DNA from: a virus
Taxonomy: Duplodnaviria > Caudoviricetes
Reading direction: 5' to 3' (one strand)
DNA length: 28,679 nt
IMG/VR virus record: IMGVR_UViG_3300020045_005498
Coordinates: 1-28,679 of that record
Position numbers and translations under genes: made by a program
The notes under the pieces: model-generated
Told to the model about the DNA's origin: nothing
Seen by the model: only the letters and a program-made list of their open reading frames with translations
The model's database searches: none
Part shown: in pieces, positions 26,909-28,679 of the stretch
Layout of the letters: each line of letters begins with the position of its first letter
How positions within the stretch are numbered: the first letter of the stretch is position 1

Positions 26909-27091
26909 ATGACCCCATTCGAGCAAATGGTCTTGGATAAACTCCAGGCCATAGACGAGAAAATCGAGGCATACATCAACCCGTGCAAATCTCTCGAAAT
27001 ATCCGAGAAAGCGCGGATCATGAAAAAAGCACTGGCGACCGGAGACAAAAAGATGATCCGCGAAGCTGGGCGACGAATCAACGGAGAGTGA
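26909..27091 (+). CDS. Small hypothetical early protein
   Basis: 60 aa, AAGGG RBS, fills the gap between neighbours. Confidence 0.6.
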   Translation: MTPFEQMVLDKLQAIDEKIEAYINPCKSLEISEKARIMKKALATGDKKMIREAGRRINGE

Positions 27092-27093
27092 AA

Positions 27094-27753
27094 ATGACAC
27101 AAGAAAAAACAGTCAAAGGCTACAAAGCGACAGATAAAAACATGCAGTGCAGGGGGTTTCAGTTTGAGCTTGGAAAATGGTACAAGCACGATGGTGAGAT
27201 TGCCATGTGTGAAAGCGGGTTTCACTTCTGCGAGTTTCCTTCGGGGCCGTGGTGTTTTTATTCAAGAGACGATACGCGGATTTTCAGGGTCGAAGCAAAA
27301 GGAGTTGTGTTGGGTGAAGGACCAGGCGCAGACTTAAAGCATGTTGCCATGGAAATACGCCTGACTGAAGAAATATTTTTCACCGGGGACGGGAACACCG
27401 GGCACGGGAACACCGGGGACGGGAACACCGGGGACGGGAACACCGGGGACGGGAACACCGGGGACGGGAACACCGGGAACTGGAACACCGGGCACTGGAA
27501 AACCGGGGACGGGAACGCAACAGATAAATGTTCTGGCCACCTGTGCATGAAAGAACAGCCGGTAATCATCTTTGACAAAAAAGTAATTCCAGGAGTGATA
27601 GTGCCATATTGGTTGATTGAAGAACTATCCGACCTTCTGTCCCGCGATGAAGAAATAGATAACATCGATAGATTTCTTGAAATTCCGAACGCTACTAAAA
27701 AAGCAATTATGTCGCTGCACCACGCCCACATAGAGCGGAGGAAATCAAAATGA
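27094..27753 (+). CDS. Phage protein with KGYK..CRG..GFHFC domain and TGDGN pentapeptide repeats
   Basis: Start moved to ATG 27094 (GGAG RBS); paralogue of 27904..28629. Confidence 0.8.
   Translation: MTQEKTVKGYKATDKNMQCRGFQFELGKWYKHDGEIAMCESGFHFCEFPSGPWCFYSRDDTRIFRVEAKGVVLGEGPGADLKHVAMEIRLTEEIFFTGDGNTGHGNTGDGNTGDGNTGDGNTGDGNTGNWNTGHWKTGDGNATDKCSGHLCMKEQPVIIFDKKVIPGVIVPYWLIEELSDLLSRDEEIDNIDRFLEIPNATKKAIMSLHHAHIERRKSK
27382..27516 (+). repeat. 15-bp tandem repeat x9 (TGDGN)
   Basis: Consensus ACCGGGGACGGGAAC, in frame. Confidence 0.95.
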
Positions 27754-27866
27754 AAGAAATCCTCATACACGCGGCAAAAACAGCGGCAAAAACAGCGATC
27801 ATTTTCGGGATTTTCCTTCTTTGTGCGGCCACATTCTTTACGAGTTGGGCCGAGAGGATTGGGTGA
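27750..27866 (+). CDS. Small membrane peptide (38 aa), not in ORF track
   Basis: GGAGG RBS and ATGA overlap; MKEILIHAAKTAAKTAIIFGIFLLCAATFFTSWAERIG; contains a 12-bp tandem duplication at 27771-27794. Confidence 0.6.
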   Translation: MKEILIHAAKTAAKTAIIFGIFLLCAATFFTSWAERIG

Positions 27867-27903
27867 TGCCATGAGAAACTATGACAGTAATCAAGGAGAC
27901 ACA

Positions 27904-28629
27904 GTGGAAACAATCAAAGGTTACAAAGCCACGGACAAAAACCTTCAGTGTCGCGGATATCAGTTCGAAATAGGCAAAACTTACACTCACGATGGTGAAA
28001 TCAGCCTGTGCAATAGCGGCTTTCATTTTTGCGAAAACCCGCTTGATGTGTTGGGTTTTTACAATCTGTGCGAAAGCGAGTTTTTGGCTGTCGAGTCTGC
28101 GGGGAAATGTAAAAAAGACAACAAAAAAACGGTCACGAACAAGCTGAAAGTATCAGCGTCTATCGGGTTGCCTGGGCTGATAAAAGCATCTGTTGAGTGG
28201 ATTTTTAAGAACACAGATAAAGTCAAGAGCATAGAAGACAACGGATATTCCAGCCAACTGGCCGCATCAGGAAAATACAGCAAACTGGCCGCGTCAGGAG
28301 ATTCCAGCAAACTGGCCGCATCAGGAGATTCCAGCAAACTGGCCGCATCAGGAGAATACAGCAAACTGGCCGCGTCAGGAGATTCCAGCAAACTGGCCGC
28401 ATCAGGAGATTCCAGCAAACTGGCCGCGTCAGGATATTCCAGCAAACTGGCCGCATCAGGAGATTCCAGCCAACTGGCCGCATCAGGATATTCCAGCCAA
28501 CTGGCCGCATCAGGAGATTCCAGCCAACTGGCCGCATCAGGAGATTCCAGCAAACTGGCCGCATCAGGAGATTCCAGCAAACTGGCCGCAGCAGGAGAGA
28601 CCAGCAAAGTGGCCGCAGCAGGAGATTAA
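27904..28629 (+). CDS. Second KGYK..CRG..GFHFC domain protein with 9-aa repeats (3' end uncertain)
   Basis: GTG 27904 after AAGGAG; (GDSSKLAAS)n; the repeat pattern continues past the TAA. Confidence 0.78.
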   Translation: METIKGYKATDKNLQCRGYQFEIGKTYTHDGEISLCNSGFHFCENPLDVLGFYNLCESEFLAVESAGKCKKDNKKTVTNKLKVSASIGLPGLIKASVEWIFKNTDKVKSIEDNGYSSQLAASGKYSKLAASGDSSKLAASGDSSKLAASGEYSKLAASGDSSKLAASGDSSKLAASGYSSKLAASGDSSQLAASGYSSQLAASGDSSQLAASGDSSKLAASGDSSKLAAAGETSKVAAAGD

Positions 28630-28679
28630 AGCCAAGCGGCTGGCGTAGGATATAACAGCAAACTGGCCGCGTGAGGTGA
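28243..28679 (+). repeat. 27-bp tandem repeat, 14 good units plus about 2 degenerate units
   Basis: Consensus GGAGATTCCAGCAAACTGGCCGCATCA. Confidence 0.95.

Larger units (their letters stand above)
1..28679. mobile_element. Temperate siphovirus (HK97-type head, GTA-like tail tip, tyrosine integrase), partial genome
   Basis: Collinear terminase-portal-protease-capsid-neck-tail-lysis-att-int-repressor-early genes; no sheath gene and no host housekeeping genes. Confidence 0.97.

Noticed and set aside
27382-28679. 15-bp and 27-bp arrays as CRISPR
   Set aside because: Head-to-tail units with no unique spacers, multiples of 3, inside ORFs, no cas genes
28621-28679. Stop-codon reassignment
   Set aside because: All other genes end normally at TAA/TGA/TAG under the standard code; the stops occur only in the degenerate terminal repeats

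Overview
The whole window is a temperate siphovirus genome segment with no host genes. In order it holds: an HK97-type head module (partial TerL, portal, ClpP-type protease, major capsid, two decoration/fibre-like genes); neck and tail genes, including a -1 frameshifted tail chaperone and a 993-aa tape measure; an RcGTA-like tail tip (DUF2460, DUF2163, NlpC/P60) with a central tail protein split in two; and an accessory block at the tail-fibre position. That block encodes a papain-like protease, a large lipoprotein and a secreted beta-helix protein. After it come a lysis region with an internally deleted M15 endolysin, an att core matching the 3' half of tRNA-Gln(CTG), a tyrosine integrase, a repressor/Cro switch and two paralogous repeat-bearing early genes. 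Most notable: (1) a duplicated ~70-nt two-hairpin leader with compensatory changes in front of the major capsid and major tail genes; (2) signal-peptide-bearing proteins at the tail-fibre position; (3) the broken endolysin in an otherwise intact-looking phage. All family calls come from motif recognition by eye; no searches were run.
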